Counted from the stretch's first letter, positions 18,741 to 28,116 are shown. The stretch is 64,000 nucleotides of DNA from Clostridia bacterium (GCA_017467625.1 JAFUSN010000001.1:21844-85843); one strand, 5' to 3'. Notes: generated by a model from the letters alone, not told the origin. Numbers and translations: made by a program.

Positions 18741-19181
18741 TTACCTTCTACCTTCAAGATTTAAAACTTCTGGTTTTTGAGCAGCATTTTCATGTTTGTC
18801 ATCTTTATAAACTCTGAGGTTTGTAAGCATTTGTCTTCCAAGTGCGTTCTTTGGAAGCATCTTTCTAACTGCTTGCATAACTGCTCTGTCTGAATGCTCT
18901 CTCATTAAAGTTTTGTATTGAATTTCTTTAAGTCCACCAATGTGACCTGTGTGGTAACGATAATACTTATCTTCAAGTTTGTTACCTGTTAAAACAACCT
19001 TGTCTGTGTTGATAATAATTACATGATCACCACAGAGTTCATTAGGTGTGAATTCTGGCTTATTTTTTCCGCGAAGAACTGCGGCAACTTGGCTAGCCAA
19101 ACGACCAAGTGGCATATCTGTTGCATCAACAATATACCATTTACTTGATTTGTTTTCTGCTTTCTGCATAAATGTTTTCAT
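18741..19181 (-). CDS. rplM: 50S ribosomal protein L13
   Basis: KWYIVDA...GRLAS...LRGK N-terminus. Confidence 0.97.
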   Translation of the reverse strand: MKTFMQKAENKSSKWYIVDATDMPLGRLASQVAAVLRGKNKPEFTPNELCGDHVIIINTDKVVLTGNKLEDKYYRYHTGHIGGLKEIQYKTLMREHSDRAVMQAVRKMLPKNALGRQMLTNLRVYKDDKHENAAQKPEVLNLEGRR

Positions 19182-19260
19182 TGTTTTTTACCTTTTTTAT
19201 TTAAATTTTTTTGCGAATAAACGATTGGAAAAGACATAAGTTTCCAATCCTATGCTCGTC
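19182..19260 (-). promoter_or_regulatory. Candidate L13 leader (5' UTR hairpin)
   Basis: Minus-strand hairpin GATTGGAAA-cttatgtc-TTTCCAATC in the roughly 75-nt UTR between the promoter and rplM. Firmicutes L13 leaders are known, but identity is not verified. Confidence 0.35.
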
Positions 19261-19261
19261 T

Positions 19262-19290
19262 ATTCTATAACTTTTAAGTCAAGTTGTCAA
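19262..19290 (-). promoter_or_regulatory. Promoter of the rplM-rpsI operon
   Basis: Minus strand: TTGACA, 17 nt, TAGAAT. Confidence 0.55.
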
Positions 19291-19355
19291 TAATTTGTTA
19301 CGATTTATTTAAATAAAATATTTATAACAAAAAAATGGTGGACTTTCCCCACCAT

Positions 19356-20099
19356 TTAACTGCTATATTCAACTCCTTTCATAACAAGTGCATATGCTGG
19401 CATTGTTTTGCCTGCAAGCGACCTGTCTTTTGCCTCAATAATTTTTAAAATATCTTCTGGTTCAATTTTGCCATATCCCGCTTTTAAAATTGTTCCAAAA
19501 CATATGCGAACCATGTTATATAAAAATCCATTTCCTGTTATTTCAAATGCAAACATTCCGTCACCAATATCTTTAATTTCCGCGTTATAAATTGTCCTAA
19601 CAAAATCTGTTTTCCCACTTTTTTTTGACACAAATGACTCAAAATCGTGCGTTCCAACAAACATTTTTGCGGCTTTTTGCATTTTTTTAATATCAGCATA
19701 ATCATTAATTCTAAGGGCTAATTTATTTAAAAGTGGAAGTTCATATTTTGAAATGTAAAACCTATACCAATAAGTTTTCTTTTTAACTGAAAACCTTGAA
19801 TCAAAATCAGGGGGAACTTTTGTTGCCTCAGTAACTGCAACATCTTCTGGCAACAGCGCATTTAGCGAATCCAAAAGTTTCTTTTCATTTATTTCACATT
19901 CACTGTCAAAGTGAACCACTTGTGCATAAGCTGAAACACCAGCATCAGTTCTTCCACTTGCATAAATTCGAATTTTTTCTTTTAAAAGAAATTCCAAAAC
20001 TTTTTCAAGTTCACCCTGAACAGTGCGCCTTTCAGGTTGAAGCTGAAATCCAGAAAACTCTTTTCCATCATATTGAACCACTAGTTTAATTCTTTCCAT
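19356..20099 (-). CDS. truA: tRNA pseudouridine(38-40) synthase
   Basis: MERIKLVVQYDGKEFSGFQ...GRTDAGVSA motif; start at Met14 of the ORF. Confidence 0.93.
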   Translation of the reverse strand: MERIKLVVQYDGKEFSGFQLQPERRTVQGELEKVLEFLLKEKIRIYASGRTDAGVSAYAQVVHFDSECEINEKKLLDSLNALLPEDVAVTEATKVPPDFDSRFSVKKKTYWYRFYISKYELPLLNKLALRINDYADIKKMQKAAKMFVGTHDFESFVSKKSGKTDFVRTIYNAEIKDIGDGMFAFEITGNGFLYNMVRICFGTILKAGYGKIEPEDILKIIEAKDRSLAGKTMPAYALVMKGVEYSS

Positions 20100-20165
20100 A
20101 GCAAAATAATAACACAAAAAATTACCTTTTTCAATCATAATTTATCACTTTAACTCATTATACAT

Positions 20166-20194
20166 TTGACTTAAAAATAACAAAAATCTATAAT
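20166..20194 (+). promoter_or_regulatory. Promoter of nifJ
   Basis: TTGACT, 17 nt, TATAAT. Confidence 0.6.
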
Positions 20195-20246
20195 TATGTT
20201 AGCGTGTTAAAAAATGCTGAAAAGACTTATTTAACGGAGATAAACA

Positions 20247-23200
20247 ATGAAAAACGAAAAACACATAACTATTGATGGAAACACAGCAGCCGCAAGCATG
20301 GCTTACATGCTTTCAGATCTTGCTCTCATTTACCCAATCACTCCATCATCCCCAATGGCAGAAAATATTGATGTTTGGGGCTCAAAGGGAAAGAAAAATA
20401 TTTATGGAAAAGTCGTTGAAGTAACTGAAATGCAATCAGAAGCCGGCGCAGCAGGAGCTCTTCATGGTGCACTTACTGCCGGTTCAAAAGCAACAACCTT
20501 CACTTCATCGCAAGGTTTGCTTTTAATGATTCCAAATATGTATAAAATTGCTGGTGAACTCTTGCCTTGCGTTATTCACGTTGCAGCAAGAACAATTGCC
20601 ACTCATGCACTTTCAATTTTTGGTGATCACAGTGACGTTATGGCTGTTCGTCAAACTGGTTTTGCAATGGTTGCTTCATCAAGTGTTCAAGAAGCTCAAG
20701 ATATGGCTCTTGCTTGCCACTTAACAACAAATGTTGCAAGAGTTCCATTTGTTCACTTCTTTGATGGATTTAGAACTTCCCACGAGGTTAACACAATCAC
20801 TCCAATTGATGATGAAACTGTTAAATCTTTAGCAGAATCACAAGGAAACATTTATGAAAGAACTTGTGAATTTACCCCATCAAACCCAATTCAAAAAGGA
20901 ACAAGCCAAGGCGAAGATATTTTCTTCCAAAACAGAGAAGCTGCAAACAAATATTATGAAGCACTTCCAAAACTTTTTGAAAACACTCTTGCAGCAATTG
21001 GAAAAGCAACTGGAAGAAAGTATAAACTTTATGAATACTATGGTGCACCAGATGCAACAAGTGTAATTGTTATCATGGGTTCTGGTGCAGACACAACCAT
21101 TCAAGCAGTTGAAAAAATGGCTCAAAATGGACTTAAAGTTGGTGTTATTAAAGTTAGATTATTCAGACCATTTGTTTCTGCAAAATTTGTTGAAGCTTTG
21201 CCAAAAACAGCAAAAGTTGTAACTGTTTTAGACAGAACCAAAGAAAGTGGTGCAAATTATGATCCACTTGCAGCAGATGTTATTGCAGCTCTCAATGACG
21301 AAAGTGTAACTGGAGTTAGAGTTTTAGGTGGAAGATATGGTCTTTCATCAAAAGAATTCACCCACGATCATGTTATTGCAATTTATGAAAACTCTGTTGC
21401 CATTAAACCAAAAAATCATTTCACTGTTGGAATTAATGATGATGTAACAAAAACCTCCCTTCCAGCAAACAAACTTCAACTTGATTTTTCAAATAGAGAT
21501 TTAGTTGAATGCCGTTTCTATGGTCTTGGAAGTGATGGAACTGTTTCTGCAAATAAAAACAGCATCAAAATTATAAGTGAATATGCTGGACTTTATGGCC
21601 AAGCTTACTTCGTTTATGACAGTAAAAAATCTGGCGGACTTACAACAAGCCACCTTCGTATGGCTAAAATGCCAATCAATGCTCCATACTTAACAGAACA
21701 TCCTGATTTCGTTGCTTGCCACAATAAAAGTTATGTAACAAAATATGATATGCTTTCAGATGCAAAGCAAAATGCCGTGTTCCTTTTAAATGCTCCATGG
21801 ACCGATGAAGAAATGGAAACAGAACTTCCAGCATCAATGAAAAAGTTTATCGCAACCAAAAACTTAAAGTTCTATGTAATTGACGCAGAAAAGGTTGCGG
21901 CAGATGTTGGTCTTAACAGAAGAATTAATGTTGTTATGCAAACTGCATTCTTTGCTCTTTCTGGAATTTTGCCAGTTGATAAGGCAATTGAACACATTAA
22001 AGATGCCGCAGCAAAAACCTATGCAAGTAAGGGTGAAAAAGTTATTCAAATGAATATCAACGCAATTGACCAATCACTTGCAAACCTTCGTGAAGTTAAA
22101 TATCCAAGAGAATGGGAAAATGTTACAGTTAACCCAGCATTCAATCCAATTGACGACCCATATTACAAAAATTATATTCGTCCAATTGAACTTAAACTTG
22201 GAAATTCACTCCCTGTTTCAGCTTTTGACCCAACTGGTGCTCATCAAACTGGAACAGCTCAATATGAAAAAAGAAATATTGCAACAATGCTTCCAAAATG
22301 GATTAAAGAAAACTGTATTCAATGCAACCAATGCGCTTTGGTTTGCCCACATGCAGTTATCCGTCCATACCTTGTTCCAACTGATAGCGAACTTGCAAAA
22401 GAAGTTGGAGCAATTCCAGCAACTGGAATTCCTGGCTACTCATTCAAAATTCAAATTTCTCCAAGAGATTGCACCGGCTGTGAAAACTGCGTTAAAGTTT
22501 GCCCTGCATTAAACAAAGCTCTTGAAATGGTTAAAGCTGAAGACATTTTAGATGAAGAAGACAAACTTTTTGACAAACTTAAAGATGTTGAAAATGTTAA
22601 AACAATCTTCAAAAAAGAAACCGTTAAGGGAAGTCAATTTGAAAAACCACTATTTGAATTTTCAGGCGCTTGCGCAGGATGTGGTGAAACCCCTTATGTT
22701 AAACTTTTATCACAACTTTTCGGTGAAGAAATGATTGTTGCAAATGCAACTGGATGTTCAAGCATTTATTCAGGAACCTCCCCAACTTGCCCTTACACAA
22801 AAACATCAAAAGGCTTTGGACCAGCTTGGTCAAACAGTTTGTTTGAAGATAATGCTGAATTTGGACTTGGAATGAAAAAATCTGTTAACAACAACAGAAA
22901 ACATCTTGAAGAAACCATTCGCTTTGCAATTGATAATAAAGTTTACAACAAAAACTTAACTGAAAAATTTGCACTTTGGCTTTCACAAGAAAAGAAAGAC
23001 CAAGCCCTTGCAGTTGAACTTAAAGAAGCAATTAAAGCTCTTTACAATGAAGACAAAACCAATGAAACAACCAGAGCACTTTATGGATATGTTAATGCAC
23101 TGTTTGAAACATCAGTTTGGATTATTGGCGGTGACGGCTGGGCATATGATATTGGTTTTGGCGGACTTGACCATGTGCTTGCATCTGGCGAAGATGTTAA

Positions 23201-23735
23201 CATTTTGGTTCTTGATACTGAGGTTTACTCAAACACTGGTGGTCAAGCATCAAAATCAACTCCAAAAGGAAGTGTTGCTAAATTTGCAGCAGCTGGAAAA
23301 CAAACACAAAAGAAAAATCTTGGTGCTATTGCAATGCAATATCCAAATGTTTATGTTGCATATGTTGCAATGGGTGCAAATCAACAGCAAACAATCACTG
23401 CACTTAAAGAAGCAAAGGAAAATAAAGGCCCATCAATTGTTGTTTGTTATTGCCCATGCATTAACCACGGAGCAGATATGTCAAACACACAAGCCCAAGA
23501 AAAACTTGCAGTTGAATCAGGTTATTGGCCACTTTACAGATATAACCCAGCAACTGGAAAACTTACTTATGATGCTAAAGAACCTGTTAAACAATATGAA
23601 GAGTTCACAAGCACTCAAGCAAGGTATTTCAGTTTAGCAAAAACAAATGCTGAAGCTTCTGCAAATCTCATTGCAAGCGCAAAAGAACATGCACTTGAAG
23701 TGATTCACAACCTTGAAGATGAAGCTAAAAAATAA
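20247..23735 (+). CDS. nifJ: Pyruvate:ferredoxin (flavodoxin) oxidoreductase
   Basis: 1162 aa; two CxxCxxCxxxCP ferredoxin motifs (CIQCNQCALVCP, CTGCENCVKVCP); GDGWAYDIGFGGLDH TPP motif. Confidence 0.97.
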   Translation: MKNEKHITIDGNTAAASMAYMLSDLALIYPITPSSPMAENIDVWGSKGKKNIYGKVVEVTEMQSEAGAAGALHGALTAGSKATTFTSSQGLLLMIPNMYKIAGELLPCVIHVAARTIATHALSIFGDHSDVMAVRQTGFAMVASSSVQEAQDMALACHLTTNVARVPFVHFFDGFRTSHEVNTITPIDDETVKSLAESQGNIYERTCEFTPSNPIQKGTSQGEDIFFQNREAANKYYEALPKLFENTLAAIGKATGRKYKLYEYYGAPDATSVIVIMGSGADTTIQAVEKMAQNGLKVGVIKVRLFRPFVSAKFVEALPKTAKVVTVLDRTKESGANYDPLAADVIAALNDESVTGVRVLGGRYGLSSKEFTHDHVIAIYENSVAIKPKNHFTVGINDDVTKTSLPANKLQLDFSNRDLVECRFYGLGSDGTVSANKNSIKIISEYAGLYGQAYFVYDSKKSGGLTTSHLRMAKMPINAPYLTEHPDFVACHNKSYVTKYDMLSDAKQNAVFLLNAPWTDEEMETELPASMKKFIATKNLKFYVIDAEKVAADVGLNRRINVVMQTAFFALSGILPVDKAIEHIKDAAAKTYASKGEKVIQMNINAIDQSLANLREVKYPREWENVTVNPAFNPIDDPYYKNYIRPIELKLGNSLPVSAFDPTGAHQTGTAQYEKRNIATMLPKWIKENCIQCNQCALVCPHAVIRPYLVPTDSELAKEVGAIPATGIPGYSFKIQISPRDCTGCENCVKVCPALNKALEMVKAEDILDEEDKLFDKLKDVENVKTIFKKETVKGSQFEKPLFEFSGACAGCGETPYVKLLSQLFGEEMIVANATGCSSIYSGTSPTCPYTKTSKGFGPAWSNSLFEDNAEFGLGMKKSVNNNRKHLEETIRFAIDNKVYNKNLTEKFALWLSQEKKDQALAVELKEAIKALYNEDKTNETTRALYGYVNALFETSVWIIGGDGWAYDIGFGGLDHVLASGEDVNILVLDTEVYSNTGGQASKSTPKGSVAKFAAAGKQTQKKNLGAIAMQYPNVYVAYVAMGANQQQTITALKEAKENKGPSIVVCYCPCINHGADMSNTQAQEKLAVESGYWPLYRYNPATGKLTYDAKEPVKQYEEFTSTQARYFSLAKTNAEASANLIASAKEHALEVIHNLEDEAKK

Positions 23736-23740
23736 CAAAA

Positions 23741-23810
23741 CAAAAAAACACCGGAAATCCGGTGTTTTTTTGTTCCCTTCCCTGCACCTAACCTTCGCCC
23801 CTTTCGCTTA
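23741..23810 (-). ncRNA. Candidate purine-rich small RNA (about 70 nt)
   Basis: Lies between the promoter at 23816-23844 and the terminator hairpin at 23748-23766. Predicted RNA: AUUAAGCGAAAGGGGCGAAGGUUAGGUGCAGGGAAGGGAAC plus terminator. No ORF. Confidence 0.35.
23742..23772. terminator. Bidirectional terminator (nifJ, and the candidate sRNA on the opposite strand)
   Basis: A7-ACACCGG-AAAT-CCGGTGT-T7. Confidence 0.85.
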
Positions 23811-23815
23811 ATCTC

Positions 23816-23844
23816 ATTATAACTTCCCTAGCCCACTTTTTCAA
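23816..23844 (-). promoter_or_regulatory. Orphan near-consensus promoter
   Basis: Minus strand: TTGAAA (23844-23839), exactly 17 nt, TATAAT (23821-23816). No CDS downstream. Confidence 0.5.
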
Positions 23845-23867
23845 GAATGCGTGTCAAGGTTTTAAGT

Positions 23868-23905
23868 TTAAAATAAAAACCAAATGTTTTATATCATTTG
23901 GTTTT
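23868..23905 (-). terminator. Terminator of the 71-aa ORF
   Basis: AAAACCAAATG / CATTTGGTTTT hairpin spanning the stop codon, with a T-run on the minus strand. Confidence 0.65.
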
Positions 23906-24104
23906 CTTCTGCAAGCTCTTTTTCGCGACGCTTTGCCATAAGTTTTTCACGCTGGCGTTTTAACTTTTCTTCTTGAATTGCACACAGCCTTGTGGTTTCA
24001 GCAATCATTTCACGAAGTTTTCTTTCGGCTGGGCTATTATATATTTCAAGTTCTTCATACTCATTATTTTTGCGAATAATGTAATCTGCATCATAATATT
24101 TCAT
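23889..24104 (-). CDS. Hypothetical coiled-coil protein, 71 aa
   Basis: GGAGG RBS; charged helical sequence; own terminator. Confidence 0.5.
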   Translation of the reverse strand: MKYYDADYIIRKNNEYEELEIYNSPAERKLREMIAETTRLCAIQEEKLKRQREKLMAKRREKELAEENQMI

Positions 24105-24154
24105 AACTCAACCTCCTAATTAAATTATACATGACTAATAAGTTTTCACCAAAT

Positions 24155-24180
24155 ATAAAAAGAGCCTTCAGGCTCTTTTG
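24155..24180 (-). terminator. Terminator of the three-gene operon 26202-24196
   Basis: AAAAAGAGCC-TTCA-GGCTCTTTT hairpin with a T-run on the minus strand. Confidence 0.7.
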
Positions 24181-24195
24181 CTATATTGAAAATTT

Positions 24196-24723
24196 TTAGT
24201 TCTCATAAAATTTTTGCATCATGTCCACAACCTTTGAGGCAATTTCATCATCTGAAAGCCCCGTTATGTCAACACCTATATCTGCGCAGTCCGTTTTAAT
24301 TAATCTTTCACGCGATTCAAGAAGACTTTTATCGCACTTGTAAAAATCTTTTTCAGCAAGTGATTTATACTTAATTTTTCCAAGTTCAACGAGTTCTGCA
24401 TCAATGTCTTTAAATAAAAATACCACGAAATTGTTCAATTTAATTTTGTAAAATAAATCAAAACAGTTATCAGCAAAAGAGATGTCTGATACAAAAACAG
24501 AATCTGAAAATTCAAGTTCTTCTTTTAAAATTCCCTTAAACTGTTTTAAAACATATTCTCTTCCATAAATTGAATAAACCCCTGGAAGTGTGTTTGGAGT
24601 GTTGTCAAAATCAAAAAGTTCACGCTGATCAAAAACTCGCATTGAAAAAGATTCTGCAAGTTTTGCAGCAATCCGTTTTGACAATGCATAGTTATACGAC
24701 ACCACAAAAATATTTTGTTTCAT
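24196..24723 (-). CDS. Shikimate-kinase/AAA-like protein with a degenerate P-loop
   Basis: N-terminus IFVVSYNYALSKRIAAKLAESF aligns by eye with IxLIGxxGxGKSTxGxxLA, but the Gly and Lys-Thr residues are replaced. Confidence 0.5.
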   Translation of the reverse strand: MKQNIFVVSYNYALSKRIAAKLAESFSMRVFDQRELFDFDNTPNTLPGVYSIYGREYVLKQFKGILKEELEFSDSVFVSDISFADNCFDLFYKIKLNNFVVFLFKDIDAELVELGKIKYKSLAEKDFYKCDKSLLESRERLIKTDCADIGVDITGLSDDEIASKVVDMMQKFYEN

Positions 24724-24727
24724 TTAT

Positions 24728-25054
24728 TTAAAGTTTTCTCCTAATAAGTTCAAGTTCATTATCAAACTCATTATTTTCAATTTCGTCATTAACTGAAAGC
24801 AAAGCCGCATTTGAACCTCGTTCAGCATCAGTTAATTTTTCAACACGCTTCATTCCGGAAACATTATCATCTTCAGTTTGAACATATGACGAAACAGAGT
24901 CACCAAAAATATCATATAAATATGATTCAGTGACAAGTGTTTTTTCTTTCACGCCCAAACGAATCAATGTTTCAAACGAAACATTGAATTCACCAATTTC
25001 AGTTGCATTTTCAAGTTCAAAATTTTTCAATCTTTCTGTTTCTTGAATTTTCAT
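24728..25054 (-). CDS. Hypothetical acidic protein, 108 aa
   Basis: Intact ORF; 4-nt overlap with the upstream gene and 4-nt gap to the downstream gene. Confidence 0.55.
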   Translation of the reverse strand: MKIQETERLKNFELENATEIGEFNVSFETLIRLGVKEKTLVTESYLYDIFGDSVSSYVQTEDDNVSGMKRVEKLTDAERGSNAALLSVNDEIENNEFDNELELIRRKL

Positions 25055-26202
25055 TTCTTTACATCTTCCTTTGAAAGAATAAGTCCGTAATCTTTTGCAA
25101 GTTGTTCTTCTTGCATTCTTTGTTCCTCAAGTTCCTTTGCTTTTAACTCTGCTTCCCTGCGCTGTTGTTCAACTTTTTCCCTGTCAATTTCTTCAGTTTC
25201 AACATCTTCCTGAAGTTCATTAGCAATTTCCATAAGCAAATCATTTTCTCGTCTGTTTTTTTCTTCATTTTCAAGTCTAACTTCTTCACTAACTTCAGCC
25301 TCTGTTCTTTTTGCATTTCCAGCTAGACCCTCACCAAACACAGCAATTATTTTTTCTTCGGGAACAAGTTCACTTCTCTCATTACATTTCAATTTAGAAA
25401 TATCTTCTTGAAGGCTTGGATAGTGAAAAAGCAAATAACTTTTCACTTGAACATTAAAACTGTTTTTAACACCAGCAATATAACTTTCAGCATTTTCAGG
25501 AATTTCAGTTTTAAACGCTAACAAATTTCCAAGTTTTTTGTTTATTTCAGTTATAGTCATTCGTTTTGCATTATCAGTCACAAACGCTGTTATTTGTTTT
25601 AAAAGCCTTTGCTTAAATTTTGTGTTTAACAAAGATTCGGCTGAAATTGTTGAAACACTTTCAGGATTTGTATGCAAAATTTGACCAAGCATTGAATCAG
25701 ATAAAGAAATTACTATTTCTTTGTTAAATGAATCACTCCAATCAATTTTTAATCCATCAAACTTTATTCTTTCACCAGAATAAAATTTCAATTCGCCAAG
25801 TTCTTCATTTAAATTTATTTCAGCTTCACCAAAATCCACTTTTCCAGACTCAATTTTTGAAACAAATTTTTTATCTGGAATGTTTTTATAAATTCCCATC
25901 TGCTTCAATGTTTCATCAAAAAATGCTGAACGATTTTCATTTCTAGTTTTAATTTTTTTCATACGGTTAAGCGTGCTGCATTTTTTAAGGAGTTCCTTTC
26001 TAATTGAATCAGCTTTTTTTTCAAGCACTGCAATTTCTTTTAAAGATTCAGTAGCTGCTGCTTTTTTTTCAACCTCATCAAGTTTTTGCGCAAGCAAATT
26101 GCAATCTTTCAAAACTTTTTCCATCGGTTTTTCAAGATCACAAACTATGTCACTAGATAATTTTTTAAAATTGATTAATTGTTGTTCATCAAAGTTATTC
26201 AT
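25051..26202 (-). CDS. Hypothetical protein, 383 aa, coiled-coil at both ends
   Basis: Intact ORF; Glu/Lys-rich helical N- and C-termini around a central globular region. Confidence 0.6.
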   Translation of the reverse strand: MNNFDEQQLINFKKLSSDIVCDLEKPMEKVLKDCNLLAQKLDEVEKKAAATESLKEIAVLEKKADSIRKELLKKCSTLNRMKKIKTRNENRSAFFDETLKQMGIYKNIPDKKFVSKIESGKVDFGEAEINLNEELGELKFYSGERIKFDGLKIDWSDSFNKEIVISLSDSMLGQILHTNPESVSTISAESLLNTKFKQRLLKQITAFVTDNAKRMTITEINKKLGNLLAFKTEIPENAESYIAGVKNSFNVQVKSYLLFHYPSLQEDISKLKCNERSELVPEEKIIAVFGEGLAGNAKRTEAEVSEEVRLENEEKNRRENDLLMEIANELQEDVETEEIDREKVEQQRREAELKAKELEEQRMQEEQLAKDYGLILSKEDVKK

Positions 26203-26262
26203 ATTACCACCATAATACAGAAAAAATTAAATACTGTCAATAAATTCAGTTTTGCATAAACA

Positions 26263-27117
26263 CTAGTTAGATTCAAAGAATTTACCTATTCGCTTTGGAT
26301 TTAATTCTAAAATTTTTTTAATCTTTTCCCTATTCCCCATGACAGTGTCATAACCAATTTTTATCATTTTATTTATATTTTCAATTTTGAGCGGAGAAAA
26401 CATTTCAAGTGATGGTTTGAAAATCAAATCCGCATCTGTAAGCGTTTCATCAACCTTTGCCTGCATCATTATTCCAATTGTTGATGACAAAACTCCAACT
26501 GTTGAAAGCGAATCTGTTCCACTTCCACGAAGATGATTTACATCAATTGCAAACACAACATTTGCGCCCATTTTTTTTACAACATCGGCCGGAACATTGT
26601 TGCGAAGCCCACCATCAATTAAGTGCATATTTTCAAAAACAACAGGTGAATAGATTCCAGGCACTGCCGCACTTCCAGAGACTGCTTTTGCAACACTTCC
26701 ATGATTAATTATAACTTCTTTTCCTGTTTTTAAGTTTGTGCACACAACACAAAGTGGCGTTTTGAGTTCCGAAAAAAGCGTTACATCACCCATAACTTTT
26801 TCAACTAATTTTTCAATTTGAGTTGCTTTTGCTGGTTTCAAAAATGGAATTATGCTTTTAAAAACATCTCTTTTTTTTATATTTTGAGCAACTTCTTCAA
26901 TTTCTGTGGCTGTTTTTCCAAATGCATAAAGACTGGCAACAATTGCTCCAACGCTTGTTCCCGCTAAATAATCAAAATGAATTCCAAGTTCATCAAAAGC
27001 TTTAAGTGCACCAATATGTGCAAAACCACGAGCCCCACCACCACCAAGCGCCAGCCCGAGCTTTACTGAACGATTTAAATTAATTTCACCTTTCATTCTC
27101 TTTTTAAAAAATGCCAT
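26263..27117 (-). CDS. Patatin-like phospholipase
   Basis: GLALGGGGARG oxyanion motif, GTSVGA nucleophile elbow and DGG motif. AGAGGA RBS before MAFFKK. Confidence 0.9.
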   Translation of the reverse strand: MAFFKKRMKGEINLNRSVKLGLALGGGGARGFAHIGALKAFDELGIHFDYLAGTSVGAIVASLYAFGKTATEIEEVAQNIKKRDVFKSIIPFLKPAKATQIEKLVEKVMGDVTLFSELKTPLCVVCTNLKTGKEVIINHGSVAKAVSGSAAVPGIYSPVVFENMHLIDGGLRNNVPADVVKKMGANVVFAIDVNHLRGSGTDSLSTVGVLSSTIGIMMQAKVDETLTDADLIFKPSLEMFSPLKIENINKMIKIGYDTVMGNREKIKKILELNPKRIGKFFESN

Positions 27118-27204
27118 AATTCCTCTTAACAATATAATAACATTTCATGAAATTTAAGTAAACAAAAAAAATCTTGGGTTTCCCCAAGATTTTAATTAAC
27201 TTTA

Positions 27205-28116
27205 TTAGTTGTTTTCTGTTTCAACAGTTTCAACTGTTTCAGTTTCATTGCCTTCAAGTTTTTTAATTAAAGCTTCAAGTTCAGCAATTTCTTCACTCAT
27301 ACGAGTTTGTTCTTTGATTAAGAATTTAGCCATCTTAACATCATGTTCATTTCTCTCTGCATTGCTTTCAATGAACTCTTCAGCATCTTGAATGCTTGCT
27401 TTAAGCTCTGCAATGTGAGCTGTGAGCTCTTCTTGTTTAGCTTTCTTTTCTTCATCAATATTTTTGATGTCTGTTACGCTATACATAACAAGGTTAAGAT
27501 TTGTAAGTTCACCTGCGCGTCTGTCAAGCATCTTTTGATTTCTTGCCATTCTTCTCTTTGTTCTTTCATATTTCAAAACAGATTTTTGAACCTTTGAAAG
27601 TTCCTTGTCAAGTTTATCTTTATTTTCAATAACCTTTTCAAGACGAGTTTTATAGTCAATGAGTGAACCTGCTGGAATTTCAGTTGTTTCTTCAACAACT
27701 TCTTCAGCTACATCTTCAGCTGGAGTTTCTTCTGCTGGAGCTTCTTCAACTGGAGTTTCTTCTGCTGGAGCTTCTTCAACTGCTTCTTCAGCAACAACTT
27801 CCTCAGCTGGAGCTTCTTCAACTGGAGTTTCTTCTGCTGGAGCTTCTTCTGTTGCCTCTTCAACTGGAGCTTCTTCTGCTGGAACTTCATCTTCTTTTGT
27901 TTGTTCATCAAGATTTGCAAGCATCTCATCTACGCTAGCTTCTTCTGCTGGTTCTTCACCAATAAAGTTTTGTGTGACATAAATGTTTTGAACTGTTTCT
28001 TCTTCTTTTTCTTTATGCTCTTTTGTAATTTCAACGATAAACATAATCATAAATACTAATGATGTGATTACGCAAACGCCTACAACACTTAAAAGCACGA
28101 TTTGTAAAATTGTCAT
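27205..28116 (-). CDS. Membrane-anchored protein with an acidic (E/A/P/V/T) repeat region and a C-terminal coiled coil
   Basis: N-terminal TM segment ILQIVLLSVVGVCVITSLVFMIMFIV, repeats EEAPAEETPVEEAPAEE, then a heptad-rich tail. Confidence 0.7.
   Translation of the reverse strand: MTILQIVLLSVVGVCVITSLVFMIMFIVEITKEHKEKEEETVQNIYVTQNFIGEEPAEEASVDEMLANLDEQTKEDEVPAEEAPVEEATEEAPAEETPVEEAPAEEVVAEEAVEEAPAEETPVEEAPAEETPAEDVAEEVVEETTEIPAGSLIDYKTRLEKVIENKDKLDKELSKVQKSVLKYERTKRRMARNQKMLDRRAGELTNLNLVMYSVTDIKNIDEEKKAKQEELTAHIAELKASIQDAEEFIESNAERNEHDVKMAKFLIKEQTRMSEEIAELEALIKKLEGNETETVETVETENN
27719..27885. repeat. In-frame tandem repeats (about 30-nt unit) inside CDS 27205-28116
   Basis: gctggagcttcttcaactggagtttcttct and variants repeated about 5 times. 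Confidence 0.85.

Noticed and set aside
20854-23637. Several 60-220-aa ORFs in other frames and strands within nifJ
   Set aside because: They are out of frame or antisense inside a 1162-aa PFOR with intact motifs throughout. Their Gln/Leu/Lys-rich translations look like frame artefacts.
27719-27885. Regular 30-nt repeats considered as a CRISPR-like or non-coding tandem array
   Set aside because: The units are contiguous without spacers. They are in frame and encode the EEAPAEE repeat of CDS 27205-28116.
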